Shown: positions 10,922-23,359 of the stretch, piece after piece
Position numbering within the stretch: position 1 is the first letter of the stretch
Layout: the number at the start of each line of letters is the position of its first letter
Assembly (NCBI RefSeq): GCF_006345805.1
Contig: NW_021829591.1
Coordinates: forward strand, 1-32,395
Reading direction: 5' to 3'
Length of the DNA: 32,395 nucleotides
Source of the DNA: Octopus sinensis
Taxonomy: Eukaryota
Made by a program: the position numbers and the translations under genes
The notes under the pieces: generated by a model
Databases searched by the model: none
The model's input: the letters and a program-made list of their open reading frames with translations, nothing else
What the model was told of the DNA's origin: nothing

Positions 10922-11310
10922 TTAATTTGACAATTGGTATTTTAGATACTCGACTCGGAATGTCTCGAAAGGGATAGATTCAATGTGCATTCTTTCAAAG
11001 GCTCCAATCAGATTATAATGTCCGTCTTGAAAGTTATCTGAACAGCATTCTGTTGCCATTGGCACGACGTCTCCATAAAACTAAATTTGATATTCTACAT
11101 ATTTTAACATTAAAAACAATTACAAGTCTATATACGTAATTTAGTAATTACGCAAACAGCTTGAAAACAATAATTTTGTTTATTAACAAAACTCTTTGTC
11201 AAATTGAGAATATCACGAAATAAATAATCTGAACTTTTTAAAACAAAGACATAATCAAAACTTTTAACTTCCCTGACTGTTCTATTTTGGAATAATATTT
11301 TTAAAAATTC
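10922..11310 (-). pseudogene. Possible C1GALT1/GT31-like coding remnant
   Basis: Minus-strand stretches FYGDVVPMATECCSDNFQDGHY...EYLKYQLSN* and FDYVFVLKSSDYLFRDILNL resemble the C1GALT1 C-terminal CCSD...HY...EYLVYHL motif. No complete model could be built. Confidence 0.3.
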
Positions 11311-11489
11311 TCAGTTATATAAAAAAGTAATTTTTTCATTCTTTTATAAACAAAAGTGGTAATATTTATATTTTAAAATACTTCAATCAGAAGTTCTCAA
11401 TCTTGGTTCCTAGGAATTTTAAAAAACTAAAAATATATTAAGGTTAAAACTAATTGTGTAATTAAGTATAAACCAGAAATATTAAAATT

Positions 11490-12970
11490 AACTTGATTTC
11501 ATTCCGTCATCCTGCCAGACACAAAACAATATGGACCGGAATCAGAAAGGATTCAAGTGGAAATTACATACAAATATTTAACCAAATAGACTATATTCTC
11601 TGCAAAGCTGCCCATAGACATCTACTTCTGAATTCGCGGTCATATGGGGGACTGGAGGCAAATAGTGACCACAAGCTAGTAATAACACGCATCGGACTAT
11701 ACAAGTCATACAAACAACTGAAAAAACCTAAGTATGACAAACGAGAAAGCTATAATCTTGAACTATTACACGATGAAAATTTCAGACAGAAGTATGCAAA
11801 CAAACTACAAGTAGAACTCGACGATATTGACACAACAAAACTTGCAAATACGATATGGGATGCAGTGACCAGTTCAATGAAGAGGACAGCATTAAATGTT
11901 GTTGGAATCAATCAAAAGCAACACAAATTTCACAACAACGAGATTTTCTCTCTTTCAGAAAACCAGAAACCCTTGAGGTTAAGAATACAGAACTCCAGAA
12001 ATTTGGAAGACATAAGGGATCTTCGAAAATCACGGAACCTGACATTACTAAATATCAAGAAAATACAAAAAACGCTAGTATACAAAGAAACAGAAGAACA
12101 ACTCCAAAACATGGCAAAGCAAAAAGACGGGCAAGAATGTTTATGGCTATGAGACTGTTAATGAAAAAGTAGAAAAAAAACTCGATTACTGCCTGGGACA
12201 CCACGGGTGTTACCATCATCGACAACAAAAGTAAAAGAGATGCTATATCTAGATTCTACTACAAAATGCTTAACTGGGAGGATGAGTCAGGGTTCAAACC
12301 CTACCCACATACTGCAGGGGGACTAAGCTGCCCAATAAACACCTGCGAAATATTGGATGCAATCAAGAAACTAAAAATCGGCAGGTCTGGGGGACCAGAT
12401 AATATCCCACCTGAACTAGTAAAATACGCACAAGTGAAGCTTGCTGAAATCATTGCATACATTCTGAACAAAGCATTTGAGCAGAACAACCAGCTGGACC
12501 TCGGCAAAGGATGGTTAATTCCACTAAAGAAACCCGGAAAACAAAAAGGACCTTTACCCAACTTAAGACCTATAACGACAAGGTGGAAAATTATCTATCT
12601 CCGGGGCAAAGTGGATTCAGAACTGGAAGGTTATGTGGACGCACAAATGGACCGGTGATTTATGTCAAAATATAAACGGTATACTGAGATTCTCGGAATT
12701 GATATGTCCAGAGCATTCGATACTGAGACTGGACAACCTCGCTCCGTCAAACATCGCCATGGAAAACTATTTTGCCCAATCCAAAGGAGCTTTCCGTAGA
12801 AGACCTAGAGTCACTCTACCTACCGCGTTAAACGAAGACTTGAATGGAGTAAACAAAAGACTGAAAAGTGGGGACGATCTCGATTCATTACGGACTATAC
12901 CAAAGAACAGGGGGGCATGGAAACGGATGTGTGAGGATACTGGCTGTGGCACAAGGAAAACTTAATTAAA
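11490..12970 (+). mobile_element. RTE-like non-LTR retrotransposon remnant (5' truncated, RT core deleted)
   Basis: APE C-terminus (TIW...NQIDYIL...SDHKLV), RT start (EILDAIKKLKIGRSGGPDNIPPEL...LIPLKKPGK...NLRPI), C-terminal RRRPRVTL. No YADD motif; stops and frameshifts. Confidence 0.8.
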
Positions 12971-13029
12971 TTTATGATTTTCCGATTGTGCTATATAATA
13001 ATTAACGTGGTGAATCATTCTACTAATGG

Positions 13030-13215
13030 TTGATAAGAATTGACGTTTTGGTCGGATTCTTACGTTGAATTTGGATTCACTAAATTCATTGCCTTAAATA
13101 ATGAAATAAAGACAAAATGCATGATTTGCCATAGAATTTTGGGAACCAATTAACTGAAACCGTCTCAACTTAGGTGCCAAAAAAAGTGCGTACATCCAGA
13201 AAATTGTTGCTAAAA
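13030..13215 (+). mobile_element. hAT (Buster/Charlie) transposase N-terminal BED-finger fragment
   Basis: Translates as YVEFGFTKF...KCMICHRILGTN*LKPSQL...HP, resembling the ZBED5/Buster BED domain. Confidence 0.6.
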
Positions 13216-13472
13216 AGGTAGCGCTGACTTTAACATTATTTTACCCCCTCTGGTTATAAAAACTATTTCATGGTTTAACAAGATTTTTCATAAACCAAGA
13301 CAAACAAACTTGAACAAATTGTATAAAGACGATAATATAAAAAACTAGCTCAGCAGTTCGCTTCGCTCACTGCGAGCTAGCTCCTGCGGAGGCCTGCTCG
13401 CTACGCTCGCAGTTTCCTTAAATAACTATAAATTTATGTAGATATATAAATGCGACCTGCTTTGATATAACC

Positions 13473-14275
13473 TTATTCTAAGGCCTGTGGATAACGATGT
13501 GTTTGCAGTCCGTCCATCCTTGGCAAATATAAATAAATTTCTCTCTTCTACCTACCCTTGAGCACCCCACATACAGCTGGCCATTTGAAAAGCACTCGTT
13601 CTCTAAAAATAAGCCTACTACCTTTAAGACTGTCCCTGGGCCTTGTTTATTGTCATAGCAAAACTTATCTTCAGCGGAAATTGTAGTCTCTTAAATCTAT
13701 CGCAGGCCCTTTCATGGTCCATAATAACGTCGACCGATTTATATATTCTTTCTCTGGCAGGGATTTTCATTAATAAATCTAAATTTATATTAAGTACCTC
13801 ATCATTAAGTGGAGCTAATATAGCTCGTTCACGCAGCCAGTCGAAATTCACGTAGTGTTCAGATAGTTCGGAATAGACGGCATTCAATAATTCTTCTGCT
13901 GTTTCTACGAAAATACATAATTCTTCCGGTAGCCTAATTTTCTGGTCGTGCATTTCTGAAGTGATTGCCCCATTTCCAATATCTAGAAGGATTTGTGGGA
14001 ATATGCTATTAACGCCTTGTAAATGTGCATTTACATTTACATCTAAGCTAACCTTTTTCACGTGTGTCCACAAATATGACGATTTGAGGCAGGCATTCAA
14101 TTCACCCGCTGGTGTCCCTCTTTGAATAATTGGCAGCGTCTGTCTAAAATCACCTGCCAATACAACTAATGCTCCCCCAAACAAATGGTCGCTACAATTC
14201 TTGATATCTCTATATGTTCGGTCAACTGCTTGAATGCGCCTTTATGAGCCATCGTACATTCATCCCAAACATTAA
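13473..14275 (-). pseudogene. Helitron PIF1-family helicase remnant (copy B)
   Basis: ORF 13624-14184 nearly identical to copy A and carries the same internal deletion. Confidence 0.9.
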
Positions 14276-14993
14276 CCTAGAATGCATAATTCTATTACCC
14301 GTAGTTGAGTCTAACAGCAGTCCTGACCTTGTTCAGCTGTTGTCTAAGTTCCCTCACCATTTAAGCACATCTTCCCTCGTTTTTCTTTTTTTGTTATATG
14401 GTTCATATTCTCTTGTTTTTAACATTCTCAGATCTCTCTTTATAGGACATGCTTATGATTTTGTAAACGCGAATCAGTAATTTATATTAAATTTTCTACG
14501 TAAATTTATTTAGTGAAATTTATGTAAAGTGTATTATCCAATCAAAGCCATTATACTTAATTGCCTCTATGTTTAAAGGAATTGAAACTTTAGCATAATC
14601 GAACTTGTCTGTTTCGGTAAGAAAATGATAATCAGCTTCATCTTTGTAGTATTATAAGGAAAAAAATTAAAGCCTGTTAAATCAAGGAGATTTAAATATA
14701 GGCAAATTGAAATTTACATGACTAATTTAAATTTTTTTTGCCTCTATCTTTTAAGAAATCTAAACAGTAGCATAATCGAATTTGTCAGTTTCGGCAGTTA
14801 AAAAGAATCAATTATGTAAATCTCTAATAATTTTTGCTTTTTCCTTTTTAGTGGTTTTCAAAATCTGATAATTGCACAGTATATTCATGGTCGATAACAA
14901 TTAGAGCTTTTATTTTATTTTTTTAACGAAAATTTAACAAAAAAATTTATGTCATCGAAAAAAGATAGCTAAGCTAATTAATGGCCTCACGAG

Positions 14994-16545
14994 GCTTGAA
15001 GGTTGTGGAGGACCTCATCATGTGAGTCGAGGACTTTCTTGTCGTTCATTTTAACAAAAACGCAGAAAATAATTTTTTTTAATTTTTTGGCTTGAAGGTT
15101 TTGGGGGACCACATCATGTGAGTCGAGGACTTTCTTGTTGTTCATTTTAACAAAAACGCAGAAAATAATTTTTTTTAATTTTTTGGCTTGAAGGTTTTGA
15201 GGGACCACATCATGTGAGTCGAGGACTTTCTTGTTGTTCATTTTAACAAAAACGCAGAAAATAATTTTTTTTAATTTTTTGGCTTGAAGGTTTTGAGGGA
15301 CCACATCATGTGAGTCGAGGACTTTCTTGTTGTTCATTTTAACAAAAACGCAGAAAATAATTTTTTTTAATTTTTTGGCTTGAAGGTTTTGGGGGACCAC
15401 ATCATGTGAGTCGAGGACTTTCTTGTTGTTTATTTTAACAAAAACGCAGAAAATAATTTTTTTAATTTTTTGGCTTGAAAGTTTTGGGGGACCACATCAT
15501 GTGAGTCGAGGACTTTCTTGTTGTTCATTTTAACAAAAACGCAGAAAATAATTTTTTTAATTTTTTACCTTGAAGGTTTTGGGGGACCACATCATGTGAG
15601 TCGATGACTTTCTTGTTGTTCATTTTAACAAAAACGCAGAAAATAATTTTTTTAATTTTTTACCTTGAAGGTTTTGGGGGACCACACATCATGTGAGTCG
15701 AGGACTTTCTTGTTGTTCATTTTAACAAAAACGCAGAAAATAATTTTTTTAATTTTTTAGCTTGAAGGTTTTGGGGGACCACATCATGTAGTCGCGAGGA
15801 CTTTCTTGTTGTTCATTTTAACAAAAACGCAGAGAAAATAATTTTTTTTAATTTTTTGGCTTGAAGGTTTTGGGGACCCCACATCATGTGAGTCGAGGAC
15901 TTTCTTGTTGTTCATTTTAACAAAAACGCAGAAAATAATTTTTTTAATTTTTTAGCTTGAAGGTTTTGGGGGACCACATCATGTGAGTCGAGGACTTTCT
16001 TGTTGTTCATTTTAACAAAAACGCAGAAAATAATTTTTTTTTTATTTTTTGGCTTGAAGGTTTTGGGGGACCACATCATGTGAGTCGAGGACTTTCTTGT
16101 TGTTCATTTTAACAAAAACGCAGAAAATAATTTTTTTTAATTTTTTGGCTTGAAGGTTTTGGGGGACCACATCATGTGAGTCGAGGACTTTCTTGTTGTT
16201 CATTTTAACAAAAACGCAGAAAATAATTTTTTTTAATTTTTTGGCTTGAAGGTTTTGGGGGACCACATCATGTGAGTCGAGGACTTTCTTGTTGTTCATT
16301 TTAACAAAAACGCAGAAAGGAAATTTTTTTAATTTTTTGGCTTGAAGGTTTTGGGGGACCACATCATGTGAGTCGAGGACTTTCTTGTTGTTCATTTTAA
16401 CAAAAACGCAGAAAATAATTTTTTTTAATTTTTTGGCTTGAAGGTTTTGGGGGACCACATCATGTGAGTCGAGGACTTTCTTGTTGTTCATTTTAACAAA
16501 AACGCAGAAAATTGACTTGAAGGTTTTGGGGGACCTCATCATCGA
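14994..16545 (-). repeat. Tandem array, 95-97 bp monomer, about 16 units (Helitron B internal array)
   Basis: Reverse complement of the array A monomer; 16 unit starts counted between 15045 and 16485. Confidence 0.97.
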
Positions 16546-16685
16546 GGATATTCTTTCTTATTAAAATTTTTTGACAGGAAGGTTCTTAGAGGATATCAAC
16601 CTTTTATTGTGCCTCATTATCGAAAACTACAAAAGGGAAGGTTTTGACAATTTGATCTGGTTTGTAACAATTTGAATGTGGGTGT

Positions 16686-16730
16686 GCACAGACAGACAGA
16701 CAGACAGACACACAGACAACAGACACACAC
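16686..16730 (-). repeat. (GTCT)n microsatellite near Helitron B 5' end
   Basis: cagacagacagacagacacacagacaacagacacacac visible on the plus strand. Confidence 0.95.
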
Positions 16731-16758
16731 CATACCATTTTATTATTAGATTAAAGTA

Positions 16759-18134
16759 TTATTCATCTAAAAATTTGTCCCATTGAGCTAGTCTCTTTTG
16801 CTCATCCTCTTTGGATTCCGCTACAAAAAACTTTTCCCGCCCATCCCAATGAATAACGCGAACAATACGACTTCTGAAAACATTTTTGTTCATAATTTTC
16901 ACACACAGGTCGGCTTCATTAACATCTTCAAACGTTATTGTCATAATTCCGCGAGGATTACGCTAAAATAAATCAAAAAATATACGTCAAAAACAGAAAC
17001 TTTTCGAACCACTCCGAACCTTGAAAAAAGAGAATTAGCATCATTTTTAAGAGAAATTAACAATTGTAAATTATTCTAATGGATTATTTAAGAAAATAAA
17101 CATCAAATTCTGAAAGATCAAAGCAGTTTTCAACAACTACAGTTTTTTCATGTTTTGGACGTACAAAGCGATCTTTTTCTGGCCTCCAATCAAAAAGCCA
17201 GAACATTTTAATAAATTTAAATATACTTTTCTTCCCGCCCTTTAAGACGTTTTTTCTCTTTTTTGGTGAGTTTTCGAGGTCGCTTTGAGGGGTCAAAATT
17301 TTCTTTCTTTTCGAATTTTGCTCTCTCTACTTTAATCAAATTCCCGTTGAAATTATAATCATTCAAAATATTCAAGGCAAGTGTCACTGACTCAATCTAA
17401 ATATATAAATTAAGATAATCATCACACCCTTATGTATGTACAGAGTCCATCTCCCTTGTTAATTCCTTCCTTGGTAGTATATAAGCGTATTTTTAGTTTA
17501 TTTGACAGTAAATCTTTGGCAATAAGTCCATATTTCTTCATTAATTCTTCAAATTCATCCAAAGTGATATCTTTTGGCAGGTTGCTAACATAAACACTTT
17601 TGTTGTTTTCATCATTTACTTCAAACCAGTCTAGAGATATAAATCTATAAAAAAAAGTCAACCCTGATTTGCACTTCGTTTGATCCCAGTATTCACAGGA
17701 TTTATCGGACACCCACCAATTTCATCTTTTCCCAACACATCAAGCAAATGTTGGTCAATGTCTCCTAATTTTTCTACTTCCTTCTTTTTATGATTCGACC
17801 GTTTCTTCGCACTAAAATAAGAATTATTTAATTCGTTAGCTCTACAAACATCTCTTTGGGGTTGTCTATTTCTTGTTGATTTATAGCAGTATCGGGCTGT
17901 TCAATTTCATTCGATACTTGTGTTTGTGGATATCCGTAGTTCATTTGGTACATAGCCATAAAATCGTCATCTATCTGATGATCATAACATATAATTTACT
18001 TTTGGGAACCATCCGCGTTTCTCTTCATTCCACTCATAATTCACAGAATCGTTAAATTGAAAATCGGATGGAATTTCTGATCGTGGTTTTGTTTCTTCGT
18101 CTGTTTCGTGCTCGCTGTTACTATTATTGTTCAT
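16759..18134 (-). CDS. HTATSF1: HIV Tat-specific factor 1 / CUS2 homologue (U2 snRNP factor, RRM + UHM), 7 introns of 23-38 nt
   Basis: YEWNEEKRGWFPK|IDDDFMAMYQMNYG, RRM (VYVSNLPKDIT...KGDGLCTYI), LFDWRPE, UHM (VVENCF...FGVVRKV...WDGREKFFVAESKEDEQKRLAQWDKFL). One intron (17199-17226) requires a non-canonical acceptor. Confidence 0.9.
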
Positions 18135-18489
18135 TTTTCAAATTTCTAAATTCAACCAGAATTAACAAATAAATTAATAATTTGAAAATATTTTATTAAA
18201 TTATATAAAATTATAGGTTTATTATTAAAAATATTTATTAATTTTATTAATCTACTGATTTTTAGATTTTTTAAAACTGTTAGAGTATTTTGTCAATGAG
18301 ATAGTTATTAAATTAAAAGATTTTTTTATTGTTTCCGGCTTTTCAAACATTGGATCTTTGCTTAACGATAAGAATTTAAGATAACTAACGTTTTATTTCA
18401 GACAATGTTTAGTTTATATTTTCTCAATTTACCTAAAAATATGAATTGTACGCAACTGCATCTGCAAAGTAATATGATCAAAAGGACGT

Positions 18490-19175
18490 GACTGATCTCA
18501 TCAATTTTTTTTCAAAAATAGCACACAAGGAGCACAGGAAATCGGATATATTATCTTTAAACAGCAGACTTAAAAAACAGTTGGCACCTCTCCTTTTCTC
18601 GGTAAAAGAGGCATGGGATACTTTGCATTCCACAAAAAAAATACTCTCTTGGTCCAGACAAAATCCCTATTAAAAAATCTTGGTGACGAAGGAGCTACTT
18701 TTTTAACAGCTATCTCGATCAACCAAAATGTGAGACCGTTATTATGTAAACAGGCACTAATGAGGCCGATACTAAAATCTGGAAGACCTAGAGACGACCT
18801 TGCATTTTTCAGACCGGTTTCCCTGATATACCACATGTCAAAAATCCTAGAGAGGATGCTTCTCGGAACAATAAAAGAAATTTTACCGAAAACCCCTTGT
18901 CAACATGGGTTCAAAAATAAGATGTCCATGTCTACACATTTACAAACATGGACGGAGTTCATTTGTATTGGATTTGCAAACAAGCGAGATACTTAGAGAC
19001 TGTGCTCTGTTTCGTCGAGTTAGATTATATCGAGGAAAGCTCAAACTTTGATCAACAAGATCCTATGTGGACGAATGGGAAAGATGTGCCTCGGAGACTT
19101 AAAGTCTAAGTCTAGACTCCTACGCAACGGAGTATCTCAGGGATACCCCCATCCCCGGCTCTTTGATCAAATTTT
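18490..19175 (+). mobile_element. Degenerate non-LTR retrotransposon reverse-transcriptase fragment
   Basis: PILKSGRP...FRPVSLIYHMSKILER...CQHGFK and NGVSQG (GVPQG-like) motifs; stops and frameshifts. Confidence 0.75.
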
Positions 19176-19179
19176 TTTA

Positions 19180-19330
19180 GGTGATGGAAAAGCCGGTCTA
19201 CCTCACGAGGATCGTAAATGCGCATGGAGATTTTGACCCCGAGTTTGCGGAGGAAGTTTTCCGTTTTCGGACCACGAGCACCCGACATCTCCGCCGCAAT
19301 TGCCAGCCTGAAAAACTCATCCAAAAGACC
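19180..19330 (-). mobile_element. CRE-clade retrotransposon 3' (RLE) fragment
   Basis: AEMSGARGPKTENFLRKLGVKISMRIYDPRE matches the CRE motif ETxGxxGxxAxxFLxxLGxxIxxxxGDPRE. Confidence 0.6.
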
Positions 19331-21099
19331 GGAGTATTCTGTCAGTTTTGTATCTTAATAAAATGAAATTAAAAAAGTTAATCTTAGCTCAAGGTTAATG
19401 TATCAGATGCCCAGAGTATCGCCGGCCCATGTGACAATAATAAAAAACGTTCCGAACCGGCTCCTCTGAAGAATCTGATTAAGCGAATGCCAGATTACCA
19501 GCCAATGTTGTGGTTTCAAAAACAACTCCCATCCTTAGCTTCACTCTGCTTTATTCAGTTATTCAGTTGCTGATTCCCTATTGGCAATTGATAATGTTCT
19601 TAAAGATTCGCTTCCGCTTATAATAAACATCAGATTGATGGATGACAGCTTTTGATTTTAATGCTATTTATGTTATTTCTCTTAATCAGAATATTTCATA
19701 CTCTCTTACTTCACTTTCTCATAATTTACGACTTACCCAAAATTTACAAATATGTGTAAGATCAACTCAATCAACACCGCATTTGAATCTGTATATTATT
19801 ATATCTCTTTACAAAGACCCGTAGTCATTTTAGCTCCGTACAGGCAAAACACACACTTTATTTTTTAAGTAAAAAACAGTTAATGTTTAACTAATCGTAG
19901 AACCAAAGAATGTTCTTGAGTTATTTTTCTTGTGTAACGCTCCAGTTCCGCACTGATAACGGCGTTACTTGTCAAGCCTTTTAACGTCGTATAGATGCAC
20001 GGAGGCTTCCACTAGATGAACAGGAGCGAGAGTCAAACCCGTGACCTAAGTCACTTTTGGCCCGTACTTATCTTCATAACTCTACCTTATCCCAAATTGA
20101 CTAATATGTGGACGATTAACCAAATTAAGACACACAGTTGAATCTTTAAGAAATGTTTTTTTTCACTCGAGAAACCACTTGAAATTTTCAATACTTTAAT
20201 TAACCTTTTACTTTGAAAATAAAACGTGCGACCTGCCTTTGCGGAGCTATAGAATACTATGCTCTGGGGAAAAGGCTATATTAATTATTATTGATTTAAT
20301 TACAAATAAAACAACATTTTTATCAGCAATTATTCTCTAAAGTAAGAAAAATTTGCAATCCTTTCGATTTTTTGGTAATAGTGATTATTATGAATCCGAT
20401 TTAAAATGCAATCACGATTATGGTAAGTTCTGAAATATAATTATGCATTTTTACTTATAATAGATAAGACCAACGAAAAATCCACATGTTAATATATATA
20501 GTCTATTAGCTCGATCCAAAGAGGAGCCACGAAAACATGGCAACAAATCAACATCACGACCTTTCTTTACCATAAATATCAATTCAATAACAATTCTATA
20601 TATCAATAAATACTAAATTAAAAAATTTTCTTTTTTGAAAGAGTTATATGTTCTTTGAACTTACAAACTTTTGTTATCTTGAAGACTTTACTTTTGGCGG
20701 ACTTTTAGAGGTCGTTTACTTCTATTGGGCTCGCCCTGAAAGGTTCGAAATCTGAACTAATCTGCCTGTCCGGGAATTCATCTGAATTCGAATCTTTTTT
20801 TTCTACTTCATGTTAAGCACTTAAGCATCACCGCTTTTCACGATTTTGTTATCCTCAGTTTGGCAATCAGTGCACTAGAAAGGCTCCTGTGACAAGAAAC
20901 ATAAAGTAGAAATCTTTATTTCATGTATTCGCAAACTCAAATCTTATCTGGGGCTTTTCCTACTGAAAACTTTTTTTTATCCCGAAACTTACTTTCCTTA
21001 TGCACTCATCGCTCTACTTTCTCGAGCAAAAGCAAATATCTCATCTTGATATTCTTCTTCCCTTTTCTGAACAGTGAAAGTTGTCGGAATATACTGCAG

Positions 21100-21897
21100 G
21101 TGCGACAAATGGGTTTCTCATGGACTTAAAATCCCGGAAATCCTCTCAGTTCAAAGGAATTGAGATAATACTTTTTTCTCACACATACTTGAAACTATTC
21201 GCTTATTCGCCGACCAATCGCAGTTGGCATATATTAAATGCGCTTGTCAACCACATTTGGTTGATTGGCTCAATGCGTTACCGATCTCGTCAGCCGGTAT
21301 ATTCCTGAACAACGAATCGATCGGTATCGTCATCTGTATACGCCTTGGCATTGAGATTTGCCAGCCACATTGCTGCAGGTTTGGCAAACTCATCGACAGG
21401 AGAAGATTACACCTTCTTTCTTGTAGCCTCAGTGCTGGCAGGTTCCCCAGGCACGCTTCACTTAAAGCACGCGCTTAGCGCCGCTGGATTCCCTTCAGTA
21501 TTAGAACCATTTGGGCGAGAGCGTGGTGACGGAAAACGTCCTGACGGGTCAATATTATTACCGTTCAAGATGGGATTTGCCCTCGTATGGGATGTAACTT
21601 GTGTTGACTCGTTTTTTTATCATCACTCATAGACTCGCTTCTCGCCCTGGAACGGCCTCCACTTTTGCAGAAATTAAGAAAATCGCAAAGTATGCATCCT
21701 TGGTCGACACTTGTTGCTTCGTCCCAGTAGGGGTAATTGTGGGGGTAATTGTCCCAAAAGCTCTCAGGAGTCACGACAGTCACGAAACGAGCTGGCTTTT
21801 TCAAAGGATATCGCTCGAGATGGAAATTGCCTGTTCATTCGCTCAGCGACTAATCTAAGTTAAACTTTCCTTTTTTCACATTTCTTTGCAAAAAAAG
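21100..21897 (+). mobile_element. CRE-clade non-LTR retrotransposon 3' portion (CCHC knuckle + restriction-like endonuclease)
   Basis: WLNALPISSAG...[12 protein letters not shown]...HLLSC...FPRHA, LEP...DGKRPDG...[24 protein letters not shown]; ends in a short A tail. Confidence 0.85.
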
Positions 21898-22712
21898 TTA
21901 AATCTAAGATAATTTAATTTTCGAGTTGTGATAAACACGATTATTCAACAATTATTTATACAATATTTAATATTAGCTGTTATGACACTTTAATTAAAGC
22001 ACATAATAACTTTATCTGAAAGGGTAATAAAGACTGAGGAACTCGCCGTAAATCCCCTTCTAAAGGAGTAATTTTCAATAATAAGGAGAGAAAATCTCAA
22101 TTAAATACAGTAAAGTCCATCGAATCCGCCGACTCTCGAATCCGCCATACCATCGAATCCGTCAATTATAATTAATAAATTCTCTTATCCGCCATTTTTC
22201 CTAGAAAAATTCTCGAATCCGCCATATTTTTTATAATGAATCCGCCATGTGTCCTAATTTAAATAATTTTTTTAATTAAATTTACTGATATAAATCAATT
22301 TATTAACACGTTACATCTGTCTTTGTTGTTGTATTAATGAAACGTAACTGTACAAGACTAAAAAACAATCAAAAAATTGAGATTTTGAAGTTTATTCAAA
22401 CAAATAATGAACTATCTTCACTAAAAATTCTGAGATTTTTTCAAAAAAATACAACTTGCCTGTTTCTCGCCGATCTATTGATGATCTGAAAAGTAAAAGA
22501 GGATCTAACATTATGTTTCATAACCTAAGATCTGACATTTCCCGCAAACAATATTTAAAGTTTGCTGAAATCGATGATAATACTATTGCTTGGGTCAATT
22601 CAATGGATCTTAAGGAGCCATTTTAAATGATAGGATTATTACTGAGAAAGCAAAAGCCTTTGCATTGAATCTCGGGATTACTGAATTCAAAGGAAGCAAA
22701 GGGTGGTTAGAA

Positions 22713-22997
22713 GATGAAGATTGGAAAGTACAAGGAGCTCTCTGAACGGTATCTGTTCACTCCCATCGCCGTCGAGACTTCCGGCGTCATCGGCGAAAAG
22801 TCTCTTTCCTTTCTAAAAAAGCTTGGCCGCATGATCTCCATAAACGGGGAGACCCACGCGAGTCCAAGTGGCTTTTCGAAAGGATTTCCTTGGCCATAGT
22901 ACGTGGAAACTGTGTTTCCATTTACGATGCCGGGAATTTAGTTAGTTAATAACTATTGTTAATTACATTTAACTTTTTGACAAAAAAAAAAAAAAAA
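22713..22997 (+). mobile_element. 5'-truncated CRE-clade retrotransposon with poly(A) tail
   Basis: KYKELSERYLFTPIAVETSGVIGEKSLSFLKKLG...GDPRESKWLFERISLAIVRGN, then a 16-A tail (22982-22997). Confidence 0.88.
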
Positions 22998-23359
22998 TGC
23001 ATGGAGAATCTGCAACGCCAAATTTTGACCCTAATTTAGTATCAGATTCATTGAATTAATCAAAAATAAAATCAGTCTTTACGGAGCTCAAAATGTTTAT
23101 AATGCCGATGAAACTGGCTTATTTTACAAAATGATACCGTCTAAGAGTGTTTGTAAAACCATTAAATCTGGCTATAAAGTCCTGAAAGACAGAGTTTTGT
23201 TATGTTATGTACAAATGTTGACGGTACAGATAAGCGAACACCCTTACTAATTGGGTTGTTTAAAAATCCAAGATGTTTCAAGAATTTCGATATCAAAAAA
23301 TCTTAATAATAAAATGGTATGGTGTGTGTCTGTCTGTGTGTGCACACCAACTTCAAATT

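Larger units (their letters stand above)
13345..16750 (-). mobile_element. Non-autonomous Helitron, copy B (near-identical inverted copy of A)
   Basis: Minus strand begins A|TCTAATAATAAAATGG at 16750 and ends GAGCTAG|T at 13345. Same microsatellite, array, spacer and deleted PIF1 remnant as copy A, with only scattered differences. Confidence 0.92.

Noticed and set aside
648-16750. Fold-back or chimeric assembly artefact explaining the inverted pair
   Set aside because: The arms have different target sites, unit counts (20 vs 16), private variants and substitutions, with unique genes between them. Read-level confirmation is still advisable.
20020-20095. tRNA gene on the minus strand (AGGTCACGGGTTTGACTC, B-box-like)
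   Set aside because: No foldable cloverleaf or intact A-box; at best a decayed tRNA-derived SINE head.
19380-21080. Scattered GC-richer patches and short ORFs (19642-19824, 20923-21129)
   Set aside because: No identifiable motifs or splice-consistent models; probably decayed TE debris.
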